Below are positions 25,046-38,541 of a DNA stretch of 64,000 nt, piece by piece. The stretch spans positions 22,818,001 through 22,882,000 of the forward strand of contig NC_087436.1 in assembly GCF_036321535.1 (NCBI RefSeq), given 5' to 3'. Each line of letters begins with the position of its first letter. Within the stretch, counting starts at the first letter, position 1. The notes under the pieces were generated by a model. That model was given only the letters and a program-made list of their open reading frames with translations. It did no database searches and was not told the origin of the DNA. The translations under genes were made by a program, and so were the position numbers. Source of the stretch: Camelus dromedarius (taxonomy: Eukaryota).

Positions 25046-26912
25046 ACTACAAATAGCTTTGCTGCTTTCTATCTTGGACATGGACTTACTCAACTGGGTG
25101 GAGAGAGTCAGAGTGGAGGCACTCCTGTCCCGTTGACACTCTCACATAGCAATCAGGTCTGAGCAACAGCAAATGTTCGATTATTCTCTGGAACACTCTG
25201 AAGCCAGTTGACACATGAGGCGACTTGCTTTGTGTGACCATTTCCAAAGTGAGATTATTTACTGACTGTTTTAGTATCCTTGTATGGAAGCCTACCCCGG
25301 ACTCCCACTAGACTGGATGTACACTTTTGGAAATCAGAATGAAAGTGATAACCTCATCTTAGGAAAAATGAGTCATTTTTGACTGTTTAATCATAGACTC
25401 TCCTTTACAAAGACAGAAAAAAATCTTTATTGCTTTCACTTTCCTAAGTGGAATGGGAAAGAACTATATCACAATGATAGAAATAACAGCTTTGAATTAA
25501 GGGAGTTACTTTTTTTTTTTCCCAATCTGTTGTGTAAAAATGGATTCTGACAGCTCTAATAATCTGGAGGCAACCTTCAGCCATTCAAGCATTACATGGT
25601 GACTTATGTCACAATAAAAAAAAAATCGTCTACAGGTGCCCCAAGACATGGAATAAATGTCATTTATATGATAAAGTTCCTCAAAATAACTGAGAAATTA
25701 CAAATACTTGATCCTAAGTGTGTTCATCAATGTATTGTTTATCATCTGACTTATAACCGTTCCAAATATTTATAATAATGGGATATATTGTTTAACACGA
25801 CGAAGCCTGAAAAGGCTCATTAACTCTAAATTTAATTCAGTAACTTCATTTCTTTTCATTTGCAGACTCAAGATTCCTTAGTTCTGTAATATTAGCTTAA
25901 TTATATGAGCTGTGAACCATCGCTAAATCTAGATTCATGTTTAGTTTAGTGCAAAATAAATATTAATGTTGGGATTCTTATTTCTATAATGCTTTTCTGA
26001 ACAAATTCATTCATCTCCTCTATTTTATCTTCTTGGGATTTCTAGACTACAGCACAAATTAGAAATTATGGAATCATGGAATTTTAGGAGTTGAGGACCT
26101 TTGAGGGTCACAGAGATTAGGAAAATGTGTTAAATGACTCATGACTGTGATAAGCTAAATAGTTCTTTTAAAAGTACCAGAACTCTAATTACCTTTACAA
26201 ATGGCAAAAAGAAACAAATAACAAATAATGCAACAAAATGAAGGTTAGATCTAAAAGGGGGAAATGGGTAGAATAATCAACACCTAGAAACTTAAATTTA
26301 ATAACTTAGGTGAAGTAGATCCAAATCTGAATAGATCACTCAAAGGAAGATGAGAATATTGCTGAGTATAGGGGGAAATTTACTTCAAAATGTGTCCACC
26401 TTCTCCCCTCTCATGAGCCCCATGCCAGATGCCCTTTGAAATCAAACAGTAATCTTTTAATTTTGATTCTTGGACCTCTTCCTGCTGCTCAGCATGTGAG
26501 TGCTTTGTTTCTCCTTCCTAAATGAATTCCTTTGAATCTTTATCAAATTAGAACCATTAAAAAATTATCTAAGAAATATTTATTGAGAAACGAATTTTAT
26601 TTTAAGTTTTCCTATGAGGACACACATTTTTAGATTATTTGTAAAGTTTTACCGTTATTCCTCTTATTCTTCTTTGCAAAGACATCTTAGACAATTATGT
26701 GACATTTGGAATAAGAGTCATTAGGATAGCAACCAGGATTTTTCCAGCAAGTCAGATTTCTCATTCCTCCAGTCATTTTCTTCCAACAGGCTTCCTTTCC
26801 ATAACTCTTCTTGTAACAATTGATTTGTCTTAGCCAAATAATCCATGACAGCTTTCAGACTTTCTCTTTCTTTTTCTTATTTTATGATGTATTTCTGACT
26901 AGAGGGTGTAGA

Positions 26913-27088
26913 ACAATGGTTTTTCAAATTGTAGCAACCATCAGAGTAATCTGGAATGCTAATAAAAACACAGATTGCAGGACGAGCTCCATGGGTCAGG
27001 GATGGGCCTGACAACGTGCATTTGTAACAAAGTACTAGGTGATGTTGGCACTGCTGACCTGGAACCCAGCTTCCAGAATCACAGCTGT
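26913..27088 (+). mobile_element. MER5A hAT-Charlie DNA transposon
   Basis: caatggtttttcaaa...taaaaacacagattgc...tgcatttgtaacaa...aggtgatgtt...agaatcac. Confidence 0.75.
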
Positions 27089-27482
27089 ATAACATGGGGA
27101 GGCAAGGGAACTACACAACTGAGGATTGTTGCGAAGTTCTCACAATTGTTGCAGATTGTAACAGATGCAAGTAGCTTGGGAGTTAAAAACTAACAGCTAG
27201 TGTTGTGTCTGAAATCTCAAGTAAACCAATCAGAAATAAGAAAGTTAGAGTTGGAATAACTTTCAAAGGCTGAAGACTCGAAAACATTGAGAGGTTTTAG
27301 GATTCCTGAAGCTGCCATCAAAGCTACCCCCACCCACAGTGTCTGACACCTTGACCCCAATCCCCCCAAATATAGAATATCTACTATTTTCTACTCTCTT
27401 TTTAAAGTTATTTTGATCTGCTTTGATCTGACATTTCTCTAGTGCCACTCTAGAAGCACATGTTGTTTTACTGGACTTAGTT

Positions 27483-27486
<4 letters not shown>

Positions 27487-27526
<40 letters not shown>
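27487..27526. repeat. Poly(T)40
   Basis: Uninterrupted T run. Confidence 0.95.
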
Positions 27527-27531
<5 letters not shown>

Positions 27532-28076
27532 CCAAGGTATAGTTCAAAAAAGTTAAAACTCTATTCCTAGGCTTAATGCTGTTTTCCCTAATGCACTACA
27601 GCTTTACTAGAATAATTTGTGGTCAAATCCTTGTGAGTCTTTCTGCCCTCACATTCTTCCTTCCTTACTCGAAGCCTCTGGGATAGATAAACAAAAGTGT
27701 GGAAGCTGGATAATTTTGTTTTCCCTACTCTCTGGGCCAATGCCCAGATACTTAATTACTACCTTATTAGCAAACAGAGGGTAGAATGTCACCTGTCCAG
27801 AATTAAAGGCAAAATTATAGTTTTTCTTGAATTACACATAGGTGCCTCAATTGTCCCTAGTCCTTGGTCATTTACTTAAGGAAACGATATATCTAAAAAT
27901 AGATCTAGGAAATTCATTGGTTAATGGGTTACAGAATAGTTTACAATATTAAAATGAAAACAAGCAAAATGTCCATCAAGGTGGCTTCCATCCGAAGGCC
28001 CCACAGTCCCTTAGACCTTAATAGAATCTGCACGAAATACAAAAAAGGGGAAGATGAGAAAGCTTGTGGTCTAAAG

Positions 28077-28437
28077 CAGGGGACAGCAGACTGTGGTCCA
28101 TGGGCCAAATCTGGTCCACTGTCTGTTTTGGTGACCATTATAACCTGCATACAAAATGTGTATAGCTGTGAATTTTTCAATTTTAAATATTTGGAAGAAG
28201 GAAATCAATTATGTCAGTAACATTTCATTACGGGTGAAAATTTATGACATTTAAATTTCAGTGTCCATAAACAAAGCATTATTGGAACACAGCACAATTT
28301 GTTTATTTACATGTTGTCCAGAGCCTCTTTTTTTGCCACAGTGACAGATCTGAGAAGTTCCAGCAGAGACCCGAGATGATGTACCAAGCCTAAAATACTT
28401 CCTTATCTGGCCCTTTACAGAAATTTGCTGACCTCTG
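28077..28437 (+). mobile_element. MER58B-like hAT-Charlie transposon
   Basis: TIRs cagggg.cagca... and ...tgctgacctctg; gggccaaatctgg and ctggccctttacagaaa. Confidence 0.8.
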
Positions 28438-29387
28438 GTCAAAGATGCAGAAACAGCTTGTTAAATAAAGTCACACCAACTGTTTCTTGGCTGTTGAACT
28501 TCCCTCCACTTCAGCCTGGTTTCCCAGCTCCAGTTGAAGGATATTGCTTGCAACGTTTCCCAAACTGACTTGACTGAGGAACCCTCCTTTTTATGGAATG
28601 TTTCATACTAGATGTATTTTTAAAAACATCAATTTGGAAGATGCTGCTTTGGAGCAAAGGCCCTCAAAGTGGGGATGCAAACTTGAGAAAAAGGAACAAA
28701 GAGCTAATAATGAAATTTCAGATCTCTGTGAATGCACTGCAGGCATCACACAGGGAACAAGAGGGTTAGAGTTATAAGTGTCTCTCAAATTATACCCATG
28801 GGAAGTATAGGTGGCTCTTCCTTGGGAATATAACAATACAGAAAAAACCCACTTCGAGGAAAGGAACTTTTCTGTTCACAAAATAACTTACCCATCTTTT
28901 TATTATAAAAGAGAAACGGTAATTCTAAATATGGGAAATGTCACAGAAAAAAATGGCTATGTTGGCTCAGCAGAATGTTTGGTCAGTGTTCACACTGGAA
29001 ACACTAAGCGTGAACTCTGCATAACTGTAATTCCTAAAGCCTTGGGACGTCAGCAAGTGTTACCTAATAACAACCATCCTCATTTCACTTGAGATCTTAA
29101 AATTGGATCAACCTGTTCTTTCTGAAATAACGAATTCTCCTCTTGTGAAATAACAGTGACCTCCAGTGGCTGTCTTGCTATTATGCTTTATACTGTCTCA
29201 ACGCTCCTAAAACAATTACAGAAATGGTACACATTCTTCTCCAGATGTTCGATGTTAATCTTTTTTATTTATCTAACAAGTATGTGCTGAGTGTTTGTTA
29301 TGTTGTTGGCACTGTCCTGAGTGTCAGGAGAGAAAAGTGGAAAAAGCACTGGGGGAAGAGTCAGAATTAAAGAAGAGAAGAAAGAGG

Positions 29388-29620
29388 ATACTATGAGCTC
29401 ATCTACAAAAGAAACAGACTTGCAGACATAATAAATAATCCTATGGTTACCGGGGAAATGGGGTGGGAAGGGATAAATTTGGGAGTTTCAGATGCAAATA
29501 TTAGCCACTATATATAAAAATAGACAAAAAAACAATTTCTTCTGTTTAGCACAGAGAACTATATTCAATATCTCATAATAACTTTTAATGAAAAAGAATA
29601 TGAAAACAAAACAAAACAAA

Positions 29621-29658
<38 letters not shown>

Positions 29659-29733
29659 CACTGGGACATTATGCTGTACCCCAGAAATTGACACATTGTA
29701 ACTGACTATACTTCAATTAAAAAAAAAAAAAAA
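29388..29733 (+). mobile_element. Younger-type L1 3'UTR with internal (CA)n and poly(A) tail
   Basis: tatggttaccggggaaatggggtgggaagggataaatttggg...tatacttcaattaaaaaaaa; inserted within an L2 fragment. Confidence 0.88.
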
Positions 29734-30109
29734 GAGCAGAGCCTAAGACAAAACGCAATGACCTAAAAGCTGTTGGACTCTGGACAAGACCACTTTTCAT
29801 TTACCGGAGCCTTGATCCTCTCACAGCACTGTTCTGAGTGACAGGGAAACCACACGTAGATCACTCTTTATACTCTAGTGCACATTGCAACGAGATGGTA
29901 GAATGTCATTCCCATGGATGGTTTCTTCCTGAGAGTCTTTTAAACATACCAACAAAGTCAAGATATAGGGGATGGATACAAGAAAGGGCAACAGTGCAGT
30001 TGAGGCCCAAGAATAGGAGAGATAGAGATGGCTTTCTGAAACTAAAATGTGAAGTCAACTCCAAATGGGCCAGAAAAAGGAAACATGAAGTCCTCCAAGA
30101 CTGTAGTGA

Positions 30110-30372
30110 GTTCACAGAGGTGGACACAATTGGTGTCCACTTCTCATCCTACTCTCCCTCACTGGGAGAGCCCTAGTTCATTCTGGGCTTCACCCTCCCA
30201 TGTTCTATGAATCACAAGGGGCTAAGTCAATCATACTTCTATTCTCCTTCCCAGGGAATGGATTTGGCCATGGTTATACGACCCAACTAGGTCAATAGGA
30301 TCTGGATTCTTCCTGGGGGCAGCAGCATGCATGGCCATGCTGGGAAAGATTTTTCTTGTTATTTAAAAAAGG
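30110..30372 (+). mobile_element. LTR16-like ERVL LTR, 5' half only
   Basis: ctaagtcaatca...gacccaact...ctgggaaagattttcttg. Confidence 0.5.
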
Positions 30373-30380
30373 TTTATGGC

Positions 30381-33340
30381 AAGAGAGCACAAATAAGCAA
30401 AAAAAGAAAGGATAATGGAGAAATTAGAACCAATAACATAGAAATACAGAATATCATACGAGAATATTATGAAAAACTATATGGAACCAAAATGGATAGC
30501 CTAAAGGAGATGGACAAGTTTCTGGAAACATACTGTCCACCAAGACTGAATCAAGAAGAAACTGACCACTTGAACAAATCGATCACGAGAAATGAAATCG
30601 AATTAGCAATAAAAAAAAACCTCCCTACAAATAAAAGTCCAGGATCAGACGGCTCCACCAGGGAATTCTACAAAACGCACAAAGAAAAATTTATACCAGT
30701 CCTTCTCAAACTCTTCCAGAAGATTGAAAAGGAGGGAATACTCCCAAACTCATTCTATGAAGCCACCATCACTCTGATAACAAAACCAGGCAAAGACACC
30801 ACCAAAAAAGAGAATTACAGACCAATATCACTGATGAACATAGATGCAAAAATCCTTTCCAATATATTAGCAAATAGAATCCAACAGCACATAAAAAAGA
30901 TTACACATCATGATCAAGTGGGGTTCATCCCAGGGACACAAGGCTGGTTCAGCATATGCAAATCAATCAATGTAATACATCACATTAACAAGAGAAAGGA
31001 CAAAAACCACATGATCATCTCAATAGATGCAGAAAAAGCATTTGGTAAAATTCAATACCCATTTATGATAAAAACTCTCACCAAAGTGGGTATAGAGGGA
31101 ACATATCTCAATGTAATAAAATGTGTATATGACAGACCTACAGCCAGCATAGTACTCAATGGTGAAAAACTCAAAAGCTTCCCACTAAAATCTGGGACAA
31201 GACAAGGCTCCCCACAATCACCACTCCTATTCAACATATTCTTGGACATCCTAGCCACAGCAATCAGGCAAGAGAGAAATAAAAGGGGTCCAAATTGGAA
31301 AAGAAGAGGTAAAAGTGTCACTATATGCTGATGACATGTTACTATATATAGAAAACCCTAAAAGGTCCACACAAAAACTACTAGAGCTGATTGAAGAATT
31401 CAGCAAGGTAGCAGGTTACAAGATTAACGTTCAAAAATCAGTTGCATTTCTTTACACTAATGATGAATCAACAGAAAAAGAAAGTAAAGAAACAATCCTC
31501 TTTAAAATAGCACCCAAAGTAATAAAATACCTAGGAATAAATCTAACCAAGGAGGTGAAAGAATTATACACAGAAAACTATAAACCATTGATGAAGGAAA
31601 ATAAAGAAGTCTTTAAAAAATGGAAAGATATCCCATGCTCCTGGATTGGAAGAATCAATATTGTTAAAATGGTCACGCTGCCCAAGGCAATCTACAGATT
31701 TAATGCAATCCCTATCAAATTACCGAGGACATACTTCACAGAAGTAGAACAAATCATAATAAAATTCATATGGAACCATCAAAGACCTAGAATTGCCAAA
31801 GCATTACTGAAGAGAAAGAAAGAGGCTGGAGGAATAACTCTCCCAGACTTCAGACAATACTATAGAGCTACAGTCATCAAGACAGCATGGTATTGGTACA
31901 AAAACAGACATATAGACCAATGGAACAGAATAGAGAGCCCAGAAATGAACCCACAAACTTTTGGTCAACTAATCTTCGACAAAGGAGGCAAGAATATACA
32001 ATGGAATAAAGACAGTCTCTTCAGCAAGTGGTGTTGGGAATACTGGACAGCAGCATGTAAAGCAATGAAGCTAGAACACTCCCTTACACCATACACAAAA
32101 ATAAACTCAAAATGGATCAAAGACTTAAACATAAGACAAGATACAATAAATCTCCTAGAAGAAAATATAGGCAAAACATTATCTGACGTACATCTCAAAA
32201 ATGTTCTCCTAGGGCAGTCTACCCAAGCAATAGAAATAAAAGCAAGAATAAACAAATGGGACCTAATGAAACTTACAAGCTTCTGCACAGCAAAGGAAAC
32301 CATAAGTAAAACAAAAAGTTAACTTACGGAATGGGAAAAAATTTTTGCAAATGAAACTGACAAAGGCTTGATCTCCAGAATGTATAAGCAGCTCGTATGA
32401 CTTAGTAAGAAAAAACAAACAACCCAATCCAAAAATGGGCAGAAGACCTAAACAAGCAATTCTCCAAGGAAGAAACACAAATGATCAATAGGCACATGAA
32501 AAAATGCTCAGTATCACTAATTATCAGGGAAATGCAAATCAAAACTACAGTGAGGTATCACCTCACACCAGCCAGAATGGCCATCATTCAAAAGTCTACA
32601 AATGACAAATGCTGGAGAGGCTGTGGAGAAAAGGGAACCCTCCTACACTGCTGGTGGGAATGTAGTTTGGTACAGCCATTATGGAAAACAGTATGGGGAT
32701 TCCTTAAAAAACCTGAAAATAGACTTATCATATGATCCAGCAACCCCACTCTTTGTCATATATCCAGAAAAGACAAAAACTCTAACAGCATTATTTACAA
32801 TAGCTAAGACATGGAAGCAACCTAAATGTCAATCAGCAGGTGAATGGATAAGGAAAAATGTGGTATATATGTAGAATAAAATATTGCTCAGCCGTAGAAA
32901 AGAATGAAATAATGCCATTTGCAGCAACATGGACGGACCTAGAGATTATCATACTAAGTGAAGTCAGACAGAGAAAGACAAGTATCACATGACATCACTT
33001 ATATGTGGAACCTTAAAACAATGGCACAAGTGAACTTTTTACAAAAGAGAAACAGACTCACAGACACAGAAAACAAATTCATAGTTCCCAAGATGAAGAG
33101 GGGGAGTTTGGAATTAGAATTTGGGATTAACAGATACACATTATGATATGTAAAATAGGCAAAGGACTTGTTGTGTAGCACAGGGAACTATATTCAATAT
33201 CTTGTAATAACCTATAATGGAAAAAAATCTGAAAAAGAACATATATATACATATGTGTGTATGTATATACATCTGAATCACTTTGCTGTGCACATGAAAC
33301 TAACATAACATTGTAAATCAATTGTACCTCAATAAATATA
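30381..33340 (+). mobile_element. 5'-truncated L1: disrupted ORF2 (RT and Cys-rich domain) plus 3'UTR
   Basis: ORFs 30327-31331 ([25 protein letters not shown]), 31315-32322 (YADD, KYLGINL) and 32481-32735 ([18 protein letters not shown]); frameshift near 31275, stop at 32320; no endonuclease domain or ORF1. Confidence 0.97.
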
Positions 33341-34194
33341 TATATATACATATCTGTTTGATAAAGATGACATCACCCAGCATTTGTTTTTTGAGAAAAA
33401 GCACGCAGTTTCTCTCTCCTGTCACTATGTGCCGGACATAGAGGTAGTTACATCCACCCACCTTTGGCTCACTGAGAGAATTAAATGAAAGACCGAGTCT
33501 GAAACTTCAGTTCTCATCAAATGATGGTTTCCCTCTTTTCCTTGTCTCTACCAATTTATATCCTTTCATTCATCAGAACTTACAGAGAGCTTACCTTCTC
33601 ACACAAACTTTCCCCAAATTAAACTCATCTGTTAATTTAGACCCCTTTTGCACTCAAGATGATGGTCTGAGTTTAAGTACAACTGCTAGGTTTTCTGCTG
33701 CATGTTGGCATATCTTATTTCTGTAGACACACACCAAGACTGCAAGGAGGTCAGGCAAAGCAGAGATGTTGGGCTCCATTTATTTGTGAGCATGTGTGTT
33801 CTCTGGCTCTTCTCAGCCCTTTCCCAGTCCCCCATTGTTTTTAGCCTTCTGACCCCTCTGACCTAAACATCATCGTTACCCAGTAATTGGTGAGAACTCC
33901 CTGCCTTAGCGACCCTACTGGCATGGTAGTGCTGAGCTCCACAGACAAGCTCGGGAAGGGCAGAATGACCTCCTCTTTAACATGCAGGCTGTGAAGTTCC
34001 CTTTTAGCTTTATAAAAGCCACTTCCCCTCCCCGAGTGGGGAGGATTTGATTATTTGCAAGGGAAGAACACAAATTGGAATTTGGCCAGAGAACTGATAG
34101 CACTATCGCCAGGACCCAGAGTCCTGCTTTATGTCAACAATTAAGGCAGAGCTTCCCCAGTCACATACTTGTTGGACATTCTTGAAATGACTAA

Positions 34195-34475
34195 TTTAAT
34201 AATAAAGATTTAATAAGTGCCCTTTATATGCCTGGAACCACACTAAGTGCTTTTCGATTCCGCAATGTAATCATGATTTTTTGCATTTCACCATCACAGC
34301 AAACTGAGGAGGAAGGCGTAATGATGGTTTCTGTTTTCCTCATGAGGAAACAGAGGCATAGAATGAGGAAGAAGTCTGCCCAGGAGCTGACGACCAATAA
34401 GTGGCAGATCTGGGGTTCAACCCTGGGCAACCACACTCCAGAGCCTGGTCTCTTACCCATATATTACACCACTGT
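34195..34475 (-). mobile_element. MIR SINE
   Basis: atgaggaaacagaggcatag...tgcccagg...ggggttcaaccctgggca. Confidence 0.8.
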
Positions 34476-34770
34476 GAGTGCCCAGTGCCGCCACTACCCC
34501 CAGTGAGCTATTGATCTGTTCACTAGGCATGCGTGAGCACCTACTCTGTGCAAAGAGCAGGGGGTTTGAAGACACAGGCATCTTCTCTGCTCTGAGCAAT
34601 ACCACAATCCAGTTGGGAAACAAATAGAAAACAGGTAATGGAGACCCTATGTCCCCCTTGACGGTTCTTAACTTCGGTATCAATCACCTACCTGCTCTCT
34701 TCTATTTGGACAGGTCAGGACTCAACTGAAGTGGTTTTGTTTTTTTTTTTATCACTATTGCCTCCCTGTG

Positions 34771-35157
34771 TGTATTAGTCTGCTAGGACTGTCGTAACAC
34801 AGACTAGATGGCTTTAAACAGCAGAAGTTTATTTTCTCACAGTTCTGGGAGCTAGAAGTTCAAGATTTTGATGTCAGCAAGACTGGCTGCTTCCGAGGAC
34901 TCCCTCTTTGGCTTATAGGTGGCTATTCGCTCTCTGCGTCTTCACGTGGTCTTCTCTCTCTATATGTATCTAAATTTCCTCTTCTTACAAGGACACTAGT
35001 CAAATTGGCTTAGGGCTCATTCTAAAGACAGCATTTTAACTTAATTACCTGTTTAAAGAATTACCTCTTTCTCGAACACAGTCACATTCTTAGGTACTGG
35101 GGGTTAGAACTTCATTATATGAATCTGGGGGAGGGAGGACACAATTCAGCCCATTAT
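34771..35157 (-). mobile_element. MaLR LTR (MLT1A/B)
   Basis: tgtattagtctgctagg...tttattttctcacagttctgg...gggggttagaacttca...acacaattcagcccat. Confidence 0.9.
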
Positions 35158-36971
35158 CCTGTACTAACTCCCTCTCCCCACCAACTTCTCCAAAAAGTAC
35201 TTTGACATCTTTAATGACTACAAACCTCCCGCACTTGGAAGAATTAAAAGCTTTCTCAGCTTGAAGCAGGGAAAGAAGAATGTAATTATGTATAGTGGAA
35301 GCAAAGTATATAATTAAGGTGTTGTGAATGATTCCTGGGGACAAGCGTTTGGTTATTCAAAAACATTGCCTAGAAGAGTTTTCATAGGCTAATTTAACAT
35401 TCTTCTCATCACAAGATATTTACATATATGTGTGCCATGAAGTGAAGTTTATCTTAATAACAAAAAGGTCGAACTTCCCTTTTTTATCTCCCAGAAGTAG
35501 TTACATCTCAAACATCTTCTGGGGTAAGATAAAATTAAGAGTTGGCCTAAGAATGAGGATAAAAGTAAATAGAAGTGTTGACAAGATCTTATTACACAAT
35601 TTGTAGTGAGACCCATTATCCACTTTAGTGAAATTGAGAGCCATGAGTCCTATGGATGAATTTCACGCTTTAAAATACAAATAAATAATAAAATTATAAG
35701 AAATAATAATAAATACATATATACATGACATAATATATCAAATATAATAAAATATACAATATATAATATTTAGATAATACATTACATATTTAGAAAGAAA
35801 AAGAAATAAGTGGATGGCACTTTGTAATATGCAGTGTGTTGTATTAAAGTGGCAAAGTCATGTCACAGGCTGAAATAATATTCAGATATTACATGTTCCT
35901 TTTTTCAAAAGGGTAGAATATTCCCTCACAGCACTAATTATTTAGCTATGATCGTCCCCAAACCTAATACCTTTAAAAAAGGAATTCTCATGTTTTCTCC
36001 TCGTATGACCGGACAAAATTCCACAATGTAGATGTTTAATCCACTCTCCAGGGACACAGGCAATGTAACTGAATTCCTAAGTGAATTTCACCCCAGCATT
36101 GTCTTACCCACTGAAGAAGCCCTGAGGCATAATATCACTCCCTAGTAAAACTTCACTGCTCAGACCTTCATATATTTCTAATGATTCACAGCAACATTTC
36201 CCAAATTGCTTGAGAGGGATTAATAGATTGCTTAAAAGCCATTGTTAAAATAGAGTACATGACAATGTTATCACTGTTACTAACCTACATATTTTCTTTA
36301 GGCATAAATGAAGGGCTTGTAAAAGAACACATGGCAGACTTACATCACAAATTTTTCCAAGAATTCAGTATTTTCCAATAATAACCACCAGTTAAATCCA
36401 TTAGAATAACGTTTCATTTTTAAATGAAGTTTAAAGCTGGTATACTAAAGAAGTTTTCCATGAAGAATTTTATTTTATCATGGGAACACATTTCCTTCCT
36501 GGGAGAATTTCCAATTATTTGTAAATACAAATGTTATAAAGATTAAGAACATCATTTCTTTGCCCATAAAAGCTAGACAACTTGGCAAACAAGGAGTCAC
36601 AGAATTTTTTTTTAATCTCCCATAACGTCAGAATTGTTTCAGTCTCGTTTAAGGTAAAATGTTAGGATAGATAACATTTAAGTTTCCACCTAATTATAAT
36701 ATTCTTGTAATTTTCTGATTCTTTTAGATTATAGTCGATCAACCTGGCTAGAACAGTGCATTTCAAAGAATAAAGTGCAATAATCATGTAACCTTTTAAA
36801 GAAAAACATCTCTTTAGCTCCCAGTGTTGGCTTAAATTACTTTCATAATAATATTACTTAAATAGATTCAAACATAAAACTAGGTTTATCCTTACAATTC
36901 TTATACAGTATTAAAAAACAAAGCTTATTTACAAATCAAATAACACAAAAAATTAATTTAAAATAACTGAT

Positions 36972-37790
36972 GCATTCATTCACTCCAAAATTATTTATTG
37001 AGTGCATACTATATTCCAGGAACTAATTGAGGTGCTGGAGTATAGATGAAAATCCCTGCTGTCTCAGAATTTACATTCTCATGAGGGAGGGAGAGAGCAA
37101 GAAAGACAATAAACAAAAGCCAACTGTCTTCTATGTTAAATGGTTGGGGAAAAAGAGTAGGAGAGGAAGTGGGTGAGGGGGAGTGTGTTTTTAATAGAGT
37201 GATCAGGGAAGCAAAAGTTTTTCTTTTTAATTCTTTTTTTTATTGTTGTTAATTTACAATGTTAGTTTCATGTGTACAGCAATGCAATTCAGTCATACAT
37301 ATTTATACATATATTTTTTCCAGATTCTTCTCCATTACAGCTCATTACAAGAAACTGAATATAGTTCCCTGTGTTATAACAGTAGGTCCTTGTTGTTTTC
37401 CTATTTTATATATAGTAATGTGTATCTATTAATCCCAGACTCCTAAGTTTTGAACAAAGTTGGAAGGAGGTGAGGGGGTGAGCTGTGTGGATACCTCGGA
37501 GAACAGCTTTCCAGGGGAACAGCCCGTGCAGAGGCCGTGCAGTGAGAACAAATGTGATCTGTCTTGGGAACGGCTTGGAGATGGGTGTGACAAGAGTGCA
37601 GGGAGCAAGGATGATGTCAAAGGAGCAATGGGGACAGGGATGGAGGGATGTTGAGTGTGGGAGACAGTTTTGAAAGGCCAGACAGGCCATTCTAAAAGCT
37701 TTGCGTTTGATCCTGAGTGAGATGGAGTGTCACTGGGGGATTTTGAGCAAAGGAGTGACTCCATCTGACTTGTGTTTAACAGGACTGCTC
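36972..37790 (-). mobile_element. L2 3' region interrupted by an L1 tail
   Basis: cattcattcactccaaaattatttattgagtgcatactat...; resumes after 37445 (ggggattttgagcaaaggagtgac). Confidence 0.8.
37222..37444 (-). mobile_element. Short L1 3' end
   Basis: tgaatatagttccctgtgttataacagtaggtccttgttg; putative TSD aagtttt. Confidence 0.88.
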
Positions 37791-38110
37791 AACCAGCTGT
37801 GTAAGGAAGGCTGGGCCGGTATAGAATAAAGGATCATATTTCCAAGTGGATGATTTTCCTAGAGCAGCACTCCTGGATTCTCTTTTTCCCACTTTGATTG
37901 ATGAGGCTGGAAGGATTAGGAATGTTCAATCCACCCTTTCCTCCTCTCCCTCTGGAATCTGCCTGCCTACAGAGAGGGTGCACGCTAAGCCTTTCTCAGC
38001 TGTGCTGTAAACTGAGGCAGATTCTATCCTGCAGGGAAGTTCTATTGTTTTTACGGGTAAGTCTCCTTCATTCAGGGAGAAAGTATTAGTGAGCCTGAGA
38101 TTTACTTACT

Positions 38111-38541
38111 TTGGCCAAGACTGCTGTGTTTCCACCCAAATCCATTTTCTCTACCTTGTGGACATAGAGCTGAATTTCCCTCTCTCCCAATCTTCCTTAG
38201 TGTCTGCTGAGGCCATGTGACTGAGTTCTAGACAATGGAATGTGAGTTGAACTTCTGTCCAGTAGAGGAACATAGAAACCTCCTGTGTACTCTTTCTCAC
38301 TCACTCTTCTCAGTCTATTGGCCAGACAGAGACTTCATTCAGCAGAGTACTTTAAAACCCTCGGGGATAATGGAGCCACATTATGAAAGGTCGTTGAATG
38401 ACCATGTTGAAGGCTGCCTGCCAAGCAGGAATATCCTTATTGGATTTTGCATGAACAAGAAATAAATTTTTATTGTATTAGGCCACAGAGATTTTAGAGT
38501 TGGTTTGTTGACAAAACAGGATTACTTATCATAACAAATAT
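38111..38541 (+). mobile_element. MaLR LTR (MLT1I/J-like)
   Basis: ggccatgtgactgagttctagacaatggaatgtgag; aagaaataaattttattgtattaggccacagagatttt. Confidence 0.8.

Noticed and set aside
30327..32735. Reverse transcriptase ORFs as an active or domesticated gene, or a retron-like system
   Set aside because: Ordinary L1 ORF2, lacking endonuclease, ORF1 and promoter, with frameshifts and stops.
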